Positions 45,319 through 53,981 of a DNA stretch of 64,000 bases are shown here, one piece after another (position 1 is the stretch's first letter; each line of letters opens with the position of its first letter). This stretch comes from a virus. The notes below the pieces were generated by a model. It ran no database searches. It saw only the letters and a list, made by a program, of their open reading frames with translations, and was not told the DNA's origin. Where the stretch lies: positions 21,399 through 85,398 of IMG/VR virus record IMGVR_UViG_3300035034_000924; one strand, given 5' to 3'. The position numbers were made by a program, and so were the translations under genes.

Positions 45319-48158
45319 TGCCCAGCATGGACTCGCCTAAGATACAGCGCCTTATTGCAAACTTTCGCAAAATGGCAGAGGTGTCGGACAACCCTTCATT
45401 TATCGAGAACTATATCTTCGCTATCGAGCAGATGGTGGAGCACGGCAACAGTGCCTACTTCGATTTCGTTAAGCAACTCCGTATTGTGCCCGTTGACATA
45501 GAGACCTTCATTGACAGTGAAGAGTTCATGGGCGCTACCGACCTTATGCTATGGCCAGAGGTTCGCAAGGCCATCATAGAGCTGAACAAAGATTGGTTTC
45601 GCGGGGTTAGCAATGGTGCCAAGACAGAGTTCCTAGGTAAAGGTGCGACGGGTTGCGTCGATAAAGACACGGAGTTTCTAACACCTACAGGTTGGAAATT
45701 TATATCCGAATGGGATAACGATCTTGTAGGCCAGTATAACGAGGACGGTACTGTATATTTCGTGAAGCCCGAAGAGTACGTCAAGATGGAGTACGACAGC
45801 TTCATAAAATTCAAGACCTCCACCTTCGATCAGATGCTCACTGCTGGGCATAGGGTTATATACAAGAGCAGGAAGAGTGGGGAGCTACAGGAAAAGCCCG
45901 CAGAAGAAATAGCTGTGATGCACAACGGGTCTAGGCACGGATGGAAGTCAGGTACTTTCATAGGCCACTACCGTACTGGCGGGGAAGGTATAGATCTAAC
46001 CGATGACGAGATTCGCTTGATGGTTGCGGTAATGGCTGACGGCTCTTTCTACAAAAGAGCAGGGCATAGGCCGCAGTACTGTGTTCACCATGTCAAAAAA
46101 GAAAATAAAAAAATACGATTGCGTATGCTTCTAGATAAGTGCGGGATTAAGTACAACGAATACAAAAGAAGTAGTGGGTATTCTGACATTGCGTTCTTAG
46201 CACCAGAACGAAATAAGACCTACGAAGGTTGGTGGTCGGCAAGCAACTCTCAATTGCAAACGATTGCAGATGAATGCTTAAGGTGGGACGGAACAGAAGT
46301 AAGAGGCGAGTTTTATACCAGAGACAAGAATACATCTGATTTCATACAGCATTGCTTTACCGCTACAGATAGACGCGCCACTATAGCCCCGTTCGTTAGG
46401 GGTGACGGTGCAGTTGACTACGTTGTTCATGTTGTTAAATCCCAGAGTTGGGGGTTAGCTAGTAGTAGCAAAAGCAATTTTGCGATGGTGCCTTCAGAGG
46501 ATGGGTATTGTTATTGCTTCCGTATGCCTTCGTCTATGTGGGTGTCTAGGAGAAATGGCAAAGTGGTCGTCACAGGCAATACTGGCAAATCTGAGATAGC
46601 AAAGGTCACAGCAGCCTATAGCCTGTACTTGGCAGGCTGTATGAAGAAGCCGCAGGCATACTGGGGGATACCAAGCGCAACCCAACTAGTGCTGCCGATC
46701 TTTGCCGCCAAACCAAAGGTAACTAAGAACGTACTCTATGAACCACTGCGGGCATACATATCGACCATGCCATGGTTCGTGAAGAATATGCCTTTTGATA
46801 AGTATGTCGAGTCGGAGATGATATTTGAGACTCACAATATCCGGGTCACTCCAGTAGGGGCTGACGTTGACTCGATACTTGGTGAAGCCGTATTCGCTGC
46901 GATGATTGACGAGATCAACTTCATGCAAGTGGTAGAGAACTCACGTAAGGCAGAAGTTAAGGGTGGCAGATCCGCAGTCTACGACCAAGCGTCAGACATA
47001 TACCGTAAGGTCACCCGTCGTAAGTCTGGCCGTTTCACAAGACCCGGCCCTAACGTAGGTGTTATCACCACCATGTCTTCTACTCTGTACCCCGGAGAGT
47101 TTACCGAGAAGCTAGAAAAGAGGATCGTCAACGAGGGCCTTAAGCATATCTATGTGTACAATAAGGCACAGTACGAAGTGCGGCCTCAGGATAACTACTC
47201 AGGCGAGAAGTTCTACGTATGTGTGCATGATGATGCGGCGGGCACGATAGACCTGAAGATGGAAGGCGAAGACCTACCTAAGACAGCCACGATCTACGAA
47301 GTCCCTATCGAACTGCACACCCAGTTTGCTGAAGACAAGGAAGGTTCGACGCGAGACATTATAGGAAGGTCGGTAAGGCCACTGTCCCCATTCTTTACGC
47401 GGGTCAGCAAGATACGTGACGCATTCGAACTTGGACAGATGGTAGAGATACCCACCATAGTAGAAAGAATGAACGTCAAGCTATCAGAGGACGGCATGCC
47501 TAGGGTAGTAGCTGGACATTACTGTAAAGACCCTTCGCGTCCACGCTACGTACACATAGACTTGTCACACATATCAGACAGGTGCGGGATAGGCATGGTC
47601 AGGTACGATGGTATGTTCGAAGTATCTCGTGACGGGGGCAGATCCGAACTATTACCTTGCGCCACCGTAGAGCTGGCTATCAGCATACAACCAGATGAGA
47701 ACACCGGAATAGATCTGGCAGAAGTAAGGAACTGGGTCAGTGCGCTAAAGACTGTCTACGGCTACCCGATAAAGATCGTCAGCTACGATGGCTGGAATTC
47801 ATTGGAGTCGAGGCAGCAGTTGAAGAACTCGGGATTCAAAAGCAAGCTGATTTCCGTAGACAAAACCACGACACCCTACAAGCAGTTTCGTGACGCCATG
47901 TACGATGACCGTATAGCACTATGCGAATCAGAGGTATTGTACGATGAGCTTCGTGAGCTGGAGTACGACAAGAAAAAAGACAAGGTAGACCACCCAGCAA
48001 CAGGCACGAAGGATTGTGCTGACGGGGTAGTAGGCGCGTACACCACTATGATCGAGCGGGCTAACAGCTGGATTGACGTCGATAGCGGGGGCAAGAGAGC
48101 CAGAGTATCCTCGGATAGATTCAGACAACAACGTGTAGACTTAGGTGAACGACGGTGA
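45318..48158 (+). CDS. terL: Terminase large subunit with intein
   Basis: Walker A GATG/TGKS split by intein, Walker B AMIDE, RNase-H-like HIDLS...D, SYDGW, KVDHP...KD-x-ADG. Confidence 0.88.
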   Translation: MPSMDSPKIQRLIANFRKMAEVSDNPSFIENYIFAIEQMVEHGNSAYFDFVKQLRIVPVDIETFIDSEEFMGATDLMLWPEVRKAIIELNKDWFRGVSNGAKTEFLGKGATGCVDKDTEFLTPTGWKFISEWDNDLVGQYNEDGTVYFVKPEEYVKMEYDSFIKFKTSTFDQMLTAGHRVIYKSRKSGELQEKPAEEIAVMHNGSRHGWKSGTFIGHYRTGGEGIDLTDDEIRLMVAVMADGSFYKRAGHRPQYCVHHVKKENKKIRLRMLLDKCGIKYNEYKRSSGYSDIAFLAPERNKTYEGWWSASNSQLQTIADECLRWDGTEVRGEFYTRDKNTSDFIQHCFTATDRRATIAPFVRGDGAVDYVVHVVKSQSWGLASSSKSNFAMVPSEDGYCYCFRMPSSMWVSRRNGKVVVTGNTGKSEIAKVTAAYSLYLAGCMKKPQAYWGIPSATQLVLPIFAAKPKVTKNVLYEPLRAYISTMPWFVKNMPFDKYVESEMIFETHNIRVTPVGADVDSILGEAVFAAMIDEINFMQVVENSRKAEVKGGRSAVYDQASDIYRKVTRRKSGRFTRPGPNVGVITTMSSTLYPGEFTEKLEKRIVNEGLKHIYVYNKAQYEVRPQDNYSGEKFYVCVHDDAAGTIDLKMEGEDLPKTATIYEVPIELHTQFAEDKEGSTRDIIGRSVRPLSPFFTRVSKIRDAFELGQMVEIPTIVERMNVKLSEDGMPRVVAGHYCKDPSRPRYVHIDLSHISDRCGIGMVRYDGMFEVSRDGGRSELLPCATVELAISIQPDENTGIDLAEVRNWVSALKTVYGYPIKIVSYDGWNSLESRQQLKNSGFKSKLISVDKTTTPYKQFRDAMYDDRIALCESEVLYDELRELEYDKKKDKVDHPATGTKDCADGVVGAYTTMIERANSWIDVDSGGKRARVSSDRFRQQRVDLGERR
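45654..46580 (+). mobile_element. Intein (309 aa) with LAGLIDADG-type endonuclease in TerL Walker A
   Basis: Starts CVDKDTEFLTPTGWK, block B LTAGH, LMVAVMADGS and CLRWDG blocks, ends VVVTGN followed by Thr. Confidence 0.9.
46255..46268. repeat. Dispersed palindrome, 1 mismatch
   Basis: TGCAAACGATTGCA, inside the TerL intein (LQTIA). Confidence 0.85.
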
Positions 48159-48234
48159 TAAATTACCGTCCTGAACGCGGGGATATCTCCGTGAATAGGT
48201 TGCAACCCTTTCTTAATTTAACGGAGACACCATC

Positions 48235-48549
48235 ATGAGCTTAGAACAAAACACAAATCTGGGGCAAGGCGGGGCAGGATTCCAAGGTGACGGAGCAGGT
48301 TCCGCCGCCAAGATGATCCGAGAACTGCAAGGCCTACAGTTTACCGTGGTAACTGGCGGGGCAGCAGCAGCAGGCCTTACCCTTACAGGTATTGATGTTG
48401 GCGATACCATCGCTGCAGTCATTAACTTGGCGGACAGCGTCAATCAAGACGTGGATGACATCACAATTGCTGAAGACGAAATCACTTTCGCCACAGAAAC
48501 AACAACAGGTGATGCGTTGCTTGTTATCTGGTATCCGAAGCCTGCGTAG
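48235..48549 (+). CDS. Putative virion decoration/structural protein
   Basis: 104 aa Gly/Ala/Thr-rich; GGAG RBS; followed by terminator. Confidence 0.5.
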   Translation: MSLEQNTNLGQGGAGFQGDGAGSAAKMIRELQGLQFTVVTGGAAAAGLTLTGIDVGDTIAAVINLADSVNQDVDDITIAEDEITFATETTTGDALLVIWYPKPA

Positions 48550-48569
48550 GGCTTAACGGTACTACACAA

Positions 48570-48594
48570 GAGCCTCCATTATGGGGGCTTTTTT
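48570..48594 (+). terminator. Intrinsic terminator
   Basis: GAGCCTCC-attat-GGGGGCTT followed by TTTT. Confidence 0.7.
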
Positions 48595-48684
48595 GTATGT
48601 GTAACCATTTGCATTATCTTACTTGGGCGGGTACATTGGTACTTCCTTAATTGGAACAACAACCGTTTAACCATGGAGGTATCT

Positions 48685-48990
48685 ATGATTGATAAGTTTC
48701 GAGCAAGACTAGTCTTGATCGTTGCTGCGATGTTGTTGTCTGCCCCGTCTTTTGCGGGCAATGAGCTAGTGATGTTAGACAGTTTCGGGCAAGTACCGAT
48801 CACTGTTCTAAGCACAGACCCCATCACTGTTGAAGCTCCGTTGTCTTATCAAGTTCGGGAGCAGGTCGGGTACGGCTCGTTTATCACCGAGTCACCACCT
48901 CGACTATCGTTATTCCTTTGGGATACTGATAACAACCCTTCGAGCGGCGTCGTCCCACCCCTGCCCTTTACAGTTAATGGCTTTGGCTGA
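48685..48990 (+). CDS. Secreted/periplasmic protein with signal peptide (moron-like)
   Basis: MIDKFRARLVLIVAAMLLSAPSFA signal peptide; GGAGG RBS; flanked by terminators. Confidence 0.6.
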   Translation: MIDKFRARLVLIVAAMLLSAPSFAGNELVMLDSFGQVPITVLSTDPITVEAPLSYQVREQVGYGSFITESPPRLSLFLWDTDNNPSSGVVPPLPFTVNGFG

Positions 48991-49027
48991 TAGGCGCAGG
49001 TAGCAAAACAAAAGGACGAAGACAGAG

Positions 49028-49054
49028 AACCCGCCAATGTGCGGGTTTTCTTTT
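49028..49054 (+). terminator. Intrinsic terminator
   Basis: AACCCGC-caatgt-GCGGGTT followed by TTCTTTT. Confidence 0.7.
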
Positions 49055-49338
49055 AACTAGACACCTACCCTATCCCACCGGCTGGCAAATCCCATAATAA
49101 GAGTAACCCTATCTCCCCGGCTGGTGTTTTGTATAACTAGGCCCTGACGCTGGCCTGCCTCCTGCCATCCCTGAGCCTGTTACGTGCTTTACCCTGTACA
49201 CTGACCTACCCTGACCTGAAAACGCTCCTGAAGTGCCTCTGAGGGCCTCTGAGACGCCCCTATTCTGTACTGCGCTGTGCCTGCATTACGTGGGGCTGAA
49301 ATTGATGTGCGTGTATATCGACAGATTTTCGCTGCTAT

Positions 49339-49361
49339 AGTAGGTCACCAAACGACCCACT
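49339..49361. promoter_or_regulatory. Iteron-related operator AGTAGGTC-N7-GACCCACT
   Basis: AGTAGGTCACCAAACGACCCACT, near-perfect inverted repeat. Confidence 0.7.
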
Positions 49362-49422
49362 TGGTATGGTGCGGGGCGGTATAGAATTTGCCTGCTTATT
49401 CTTGGTACTTATATAGGTAAAT

Positions 49423-49436
49423 TGCAAACGCTTGCA
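49423..49436. repeat. Dispersed palindrome, 1 mismatch
   Basis: TGCAAACGCTTGCA, intergenic. Confidence 0.85.
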
Positions 49437-49457
49437 AAAATTAGTTTGTGTTGGATG

Positions 49458-49485
49458 TTGCATAAGTACACTGAAAGACTATTAT
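49458..49485 (+). promoter_or_regulatory. Sigma70-like early promoter
   Basis: TTGCAT-N16-TATTAT, followed by ACACAAGAGGA leader/RBS. Confidence 0.55.
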
Positions 49486-49539
49486 ACCAATTCGGCGGGC
49501 AGAACCCGCGCACATCACTCACACAAGAGGATCTGAAGA

Positions 49540-50175
49540 ATGGAAATGCACACTGATATTGAACTCTACTCCATCATGGGAGAGAACAGGGAAGCGCTCC
49601 GTGGAAACGAGGTTAACTTTCTTGCTAGTTGCGAGAAGCGGCTGGTGGTACAGAAGCGGGGCCTATCATATGGCATGCGTAAGTGGGCCAACTCAATCGT
49701 TGCCCGCCTTATACGGGTAGAGACGAACGCTGCGGCAGTTGAGGCAGCCCAGCTTCCTGATCTAAAAGGTATCTACGGCCTATTCGAAAACGTAGGGGAT
49801 AAACTGAAGTACCCCAAGATCACCTTCGAAACCGAGTCGCTCGGTAAGGTGCGTATCCAACGGGCGGGCGAACGCTCCAAGTATACGGGCACCCTGAACA
49901 TAACCGACGGTGGACCATTCGGTTCTAACAAATGGTACGGTCGGGTCAATCTGGATGGTACGTTCACGGCGGGCAGGGAGCTGTTGACTGACGGGATGGC
50001 CAAGTTCCTGAAAGACTTCTCCAAAGATCCGGTACGCATGGCGAAGCAGTACGGTGAGGAGAGCGGGAATTGTTGTTTCTGCCACCGTAAGCTTACCGAC
50101 AAGCGCAGCACCGATGCGGGCTATGGCCCAGTGTGCGCAGACAACTACGAACTACCATGGGGAGCAGACAAGTGA
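49540..50175 (+). CDS. Hypothetical protein with C-terminal Zn finger (DUF6011-like)
   Basis: C-x2-C-x-RKLTD-x-x-S-x-x-x-GYGPVCA motif. Confidence 0.7.
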   Translation: MEMHTDIELYSIMGENREALRGNEVNFLASCEKRLVVQKRGLSYGMRKWANSIVARLIRVETNAAAVEAAQLPDLKGIYGLFENVGDKLKYPKITFETESLGKVRIQRAGERSKYTGTLNITDGGPFGSNKWYGRVNLDGTFTAGRELLTDGMAKFLKDFSKDPVRMAKQYGEESGNCCFCHRKLTDKRSTDAGYGPVCADNYELPWGADK

Positions 50176-50291
50176 AGCTAGTCATTACAGTTGAGACCGA
50201 ACAGGGATACCAGAAGCTACTGGAACTTATCACCGAGCACGAAGACGAACTGGACTTCGCCTTCGTCTGCCATAAAGAAGAGGAGTAAACA

Positions 50292-50768
50292 GTGAGCTAC
50301 GAATTATCAGTAGTACGAGACCCAGAACCCGTAAACCCGCGTGAGGAGTACGAGCAAGTATCCATACTGTACTGCGAACACGGTCGCTACCAGCTAGGCG
50401 ACGTAGGTGCAGAGGAACCAGAAGCGAAAGACGTTCTGGCCAGCCTCCCGCTCTACCTGTATGACCATAGCGGTATCACCATATCCACGACACCATTCTC
50501 GTGCCAATGGGATAGCGGGCAGGTAGGCAGAGCATACATCACCCACGAATCTGCCAAGGCCTATGGGATCACTGAGGAAGAGGCGGAGAATGTCATTCGC
50601 GGGGAAGTAGAGGAATACGATTGCTACCTGAGAGGCGACATATGGGGCTACGAAATCGTGGACACAGAGACAGAAGACGGGGATGTGGTAGCCAGTTGCT
50701 ATGGCTTTACTGACGAAGAAGAATGCCGCATGGAGGGCGAACAAGAAGCCCAAGCATTCGAGGAGTGA
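50292..50768 (+). CDS. Conserved acidic phage hypothetical protein
   Basis: LPLYLYDHSG...FSCQWDSGQVG motif; GAGGAG RBS. Confidence 0.7.
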   Translation: MSYELSVVRDPEPVNPREEYEQVSILYCEHGRYQLGDVGAEEPEAKDVLASLPLYLYDHSGITISTTPFSCQWDSGQVGRAYITHESAKAYGITEEEAENVIRGEVEEYDCYLRGDIWGYEIVDTETEDGDVVASCYGFTDEEECRMEGEQEAQAFEE

Positions 50769-50772
50769 GGCA

Positions 50773-51006
50773 ATGAAAAACAGAAAACTGCAAACCGATT
50801 TTTATGAAACCGGACAGGTCAGTGTCACGCAGGCTGGGTACGGCCCATGCGTGTCGATACCAATTGACAACGGGGAAGGCCCAAGCGTGGTGTACTTGTA
50901 TACCGACACGCACGAGGACGCAGAAAAGTTGCGCAGCCTGCTCGGCGATACACTAGGGCGGGTGCAGTTGTATGATGGGCCTTTATATGAAGAGGAAGAA
51001 ACATGA
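50773..51006 (+). CDS. Hypothetical protein
   Basis: GAGG RBS before ATG 50773; operon packing. Confidence 0.5.
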   Translation: MKNRKLQTDFYETGQVSVTQAGYGPCVSIPIDNGEGPSVVYLYTDTHEDAEKLRSLLGDTLGRVQLYDGPLYEEEET

Positions 51007-51275
51007 GCAGGCACCTGCATAACCCAGACATAATCGCAGTCACTCTGAAGGTGGACATCACACCTGAAGACTTGGCACTTCTGAAGGAGCGGGACAAAGC
51101 CACAGATTCCCCGTTCTGGCTACAAGTGGAAGAAGCGGAGCCGACGATCACAGACGTGGAGTACAGCCGAGAAGATTCAGACTCCTGCTACATACTGATA
51201 ACGACCTCGCAGATTCTAGACCACCAACGGGTGGTTTGGCTTGCAGATGTCACACTGCAAGATTATCTTTCCTAA
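51003..51275 (+). CDS. Hypothetical protein
   Basis: GAGG RBS; ATGA overlap. Confidence 0.5.
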   Translation: MSRHLHNPDIIAVTLKVDITPEDLALLKERDKATDSPFWLQVEEAEPTITDVEYSREDSDSCYILITTSQILDHQRVVWLADVTLQDYLS

Positions 51276-51300
51276 CTCAACACACAACCGGATAGCAGAT

Positions 51301-51591
51301 ATGCACCGATTAACAAGACCAATCAAAATATACTGAGCAGTCATCGTACGGTACGGTCGTACCGTGGAAGATGGCGCGTTGCCAGTGTTTTCCGTTGATA
51401 CGGAAGAGCAGGCAGAGCAGTTGCTGTCGTTGACTTGCCCCAAGGTAAGCAGCGGCGAGATGGCTGGCGAATACTTCTCTAGGGAGTTAGCCAGAGAGCA
51501 GTCGTTGGATGTGTTAGATGAGTTCAGCGACAAATTGACAATGGCGTGGAACCGATGGTTGAAACCCAAAGACGAAGAGGATGTGGAATGA
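51301..51591 (+). pseudogene. Small gene apparently interrupted by an in-frame TGA (or starting at GTG 51364)
   Basis: ATG 51301 reads MHRLTRPIKIY, TGA at 51334-51336, then the same frame continues into DGALPVFSVDTEEQA. Confidence 0.35.
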
Positions 51592-51893
51592 GACATGAAT
51601 ATTGGGCAGGGGCGCTTGAAGAGATCATAGATACTGTAGCAATGGATGGGGGATACGACTCCAGAATGCTTATGGCATCCGAAGTAGTGCCTATAGGTAC
51701 GTACTCCAATTCGATTGAACAGGCAACCCGACAGGTGGAAGTGGGGCATATCGAAATAGGTAGGGTCGTAGGCTATGCTCTAGTTTATCCGGTAATAACC
51801 AAGCTGAGTGGCGGGCCTATAATAGAAATACACTGGGCAGTTAGCGGTATACAGTTGGTGGACAAACCAGACCCAGAAACAGCCCCCTACTAG
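51588..51893 (+). CDS. Hypothetical protein
   Basis: GAGG RBS; ATGA overlap with the previous ORF. Confidence 0.5.
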   Translation: MRHEYWAGALEEIIDTVAMDGGYDSRMLMASEVVPIGTYSNSIEQATRQVEVGHIEIGRVVGYALVYPVITKLSGGPIIEIHWAVSGIQLVDKPDPETAPY

Positions 51894-51967
51894 TTCAGTG
51901 ACAGCGCTTGCCCCCGCTTAACTGAGGGTACAATATCAACACCTATCTCACATAAGAGGAAAGGAAA

Positions 51968-52426
51968 ATGGAAGACATAGTCGAGCGGGCGATCCAGCAC
52001 ATTGAAGAGAAGGCGCGTGAGTACAGGATTGATAATGCACCCGCATTCCTTGACCCGCACACCGTGTCTAATTACGCCAAGCTACAGCTTGGTCAGGAAA
52101 AGCACGAGGTGTTCATGGTCCTCTACTTGAATAACCAGCACGAGCTGATTCGTTGTGTCAAAGAGTTTCGCGGCACTATCGACGGGGCTAGTGTGTACCC
52201 GCGAGTCATTGCAGCACACGCTCTGGAGTATAACGCAGCAGCAGTGGTATTCGCCCATAACCACCCGTCAGGAGTCGCCACCCCGAGTACGGCAGACCAG
52301 CGTATCACTGAAAGGCTTAAGTCGGCACTGTCGTTATTGGATATACGAGTCCTCGACCACGTCATCGTATGTTTAGAAGGCGGGCACCTGTCCACGGTGT
52401 CCTTCGCGGAGCAGGGGCTTATATAG
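51968..52426 (+). CDS. radC: RadC-like JAB-domain protein
   Basis: E-x-F-x-VLYL...GTIDGASVYPR...HNHPSG...PS-x-AD...T...DIRVLDH motif. Confidence 0.92.
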   Translation: MEDIVERAIQHIEEKAREYRIDNAPAFLDPHTVSNYAKLQLGQEKHEVFMVLYLNNQHELIRCVKEFRGTIDGASVYPRVIAAHALEYNAAAVVFAHNHPSGVATPSTADQRITERLKSALSLLDIRVLDHVIVCLEGGHLSTVSFAEQGLI

Positions 52427-52429
52427 CCC

Positions 52430-52443
52430 TGCAAACGTTTGCA
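52430..52443. repeat. Dispersed palindrome, perfect copy
   Basis: TGCAAACGTTTGCA, intergenic after radC. Confidence 0.9.
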
Positions 52444-52500
52444 ATAGTCGGGCTGAATGGGCAGAGTAATTACTCGACACAACCAACAGGGAGACAACCC

Positions 52501-52671
52501 GTGAGACAGTTAGAGAAAGAGCTGGCCGAACAAGGCTACGACCGCATTTCAATCGAGGCACTTCAGGCCTACCAAGATGGCGAGGTGAAGCTGTCACTCG
52601 CTGCACATATCGAGTACGAGGATTTCATGGCCAAAGGCCGTAAACTGTTCGGTATCTCGGGAGGGAACTAA
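52501..52671 (+). CDS. Hypothetical protein
   Basis: GGGAG RBS before GTG 52501. Confidence 0.45.
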   Translation: MRQLEKELAEQGYDRISIEALQAYQDGEVKLSLAAHIEYEDFMAKGRKLFGISGGN

Positions 52672-52672
52672 G

Positions 52673-53221
52673 ATGGGTGTAGATTACAAATACTTGGCAT
52701 CACAGAAGAGCGCCTTATGGGCAGTGCTTTCCATGATCTGTACCCCGCCTGAGCTAAAGCCAAAACCGCTTACCAGCGAACAAATAAGCGAACTCGTGGA
52801 TTTGGATGCTTTCCTTCAGTATCTGAGCCTAAACGGCACCAGCTCTAACCTGAATCCGTGCTATAGCGATCCGGGCCGAGGAGCCCATATCGCTAACAAA
52901 CGTGACAACGAGTACAACCCGCACGAAGGGGCACTTGCTATGATCGAGAGCATGCAGGAGGTTCTCGTGTCCGAGATATATCGGCCCACGCTGTTTGACG
53001 CATTAGCAGCGGCAGTCGTTGCTTTATCTGACCGGACCGGAATAGACGCAGGATGTATTGAACTGGATGGCTCTGTCAAGATAAACGATAAATCCAGCAG
53101 ATATATTCTGTCCGATTTCAGCCCCGATCAAACTGGCAGGGAGATAGCCAAAGTTACGGTCCACAAAGAAGATAAAGGCGACGTATGTATGTGGGTTATT
53201 GTCAGCGTCGTACTTGTGTAG
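52673..53221 (+). CDS. Hypothetical protein
   Basis: 182 aa, GGAGG RBS. Confidence 0.55.
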   Translation: MGVDYKYLASQKSALWAVLSMICTPPELKPKPLTSEQISELVDLDAFLQYLSLNGTSSNLNPCYSDPGRGAHIANKRDNEYNPHEGALAMIESMQEVLVSEIYRPTLFDALAAAVVALSDRTGIDAGCIELDGSVKINDKSSRYILSDFSPDQTGREIAKVTVHKEDKGDVCMWVIVSVVLV

Positions 53222-53225
53222 CCAC

Positions 53226-53253
53226 TTGCATTACCCCAGTGGTAAAGCATAAT
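53226..53253 (+). promoter_or_regulatory. Sigma70-like early promoter
   Basis: TTGCAT-N16-CATAAT followed by CAGATAAGGGG leader. Confidence 0.55.
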
Positions 53254-53288
53254 AGCCACTCAACCAATTAACCCAGATAAGGGGAAAC

Positions 53289-53654
53289 GTGATGAGAAAA
53301 GGAATGTTAGTGTCTGTTCTACGCCAGCCCGAAAGAGGCGGTGATTGCACGAACGGCGGGATAACCACCCGATACTACAAGTTCGTCGTAACAGGACCTG
53401 AGATGCCTGAGATTTTCGCTCCATCATCCGATGCGCCGGAGTTACGCATTGATATGTATCAGGACTATGCGAGGCTGAAGGTGGTTCACGACCCAGACAA
53501 AAACACGGACGGGCTAGTCGGTGGTATGGCGGGCGGTAACTTCGTCACCACGTCAGACTCTCGCTGGAGAACCAGCTACAACCCTAACGGGTATCCACTA
53601 CCTGTGCACGACCGCTACGAAACCCAAGAACTGTACGACATACTTTCACGGTAG
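53289..53654 (+). CDS. Conserved phage hypothetical protein
   Basis: DCTNGGIT...MAGGNF-x-x-TSDSR...PVHDR-x-E motif. Confidence 0.7.
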   Translation: MMRKGMLVSVLRQPERGGDCTNGGITTRYYKFVVTGPEMPEIFAPSSDAPELRIDMYQDYARLKVVHDPDKNTDGLVGGMAGGNFVTTSDSRWRTSYNPNGYPLPVHDRYETQELYDILSR

Positions 53655-53662
53655 GGGCAGAT

Positions 53663-53893
53663 ATGTCTGGTATAAACAACAGGATTATTATCTTGCTGGG
53701 TTCTTTCACCGCAAGGGACGTCGAGGCAGTAAATGCTGCCCGCGAACGCATGCACGAAATGGACCTGTCCGACATAGAGACTCGGATCTTGGCGCACCAT
53801 AACAGCATAGAGGACCTACCTGTTCCTGAGCTAGTCACCCACACCAAAGGCCCTGTCAAACGGCGGGGCAAAGGCAAGAATAAACGATGGTGA
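53663..53893 (+). CDS. Hypothetical protein
   Basis: 76 aa, GGGG RBS, basic C-terminal tail. Confidence 0.45.
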   Translation: MSGINNRIIILLGSFTARDVEAVNAARERMHEMDLSDIETRILAHHNSIEDLPVPELVTHTKGPVKRRGKGKNKRW

Positions 53894-53911
53894 TGCAGTT
53901 GTGCAGGATAG

Positions 53912-53939
53912 TTGCACACCCCCGCTGCTATGCCATAAT
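53912..53939 (+). promoter_or_regulatory. Sigma70-like early promoter
   Basis: TTGCAC-N16-CATAAT followed by CAGATAAGGAG leader. Confidence 0.55.
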
Positions 53940-53981
53940 GAAATCTCAAATCAACGTTCGAACCAGATAAGGAGAACGAAC

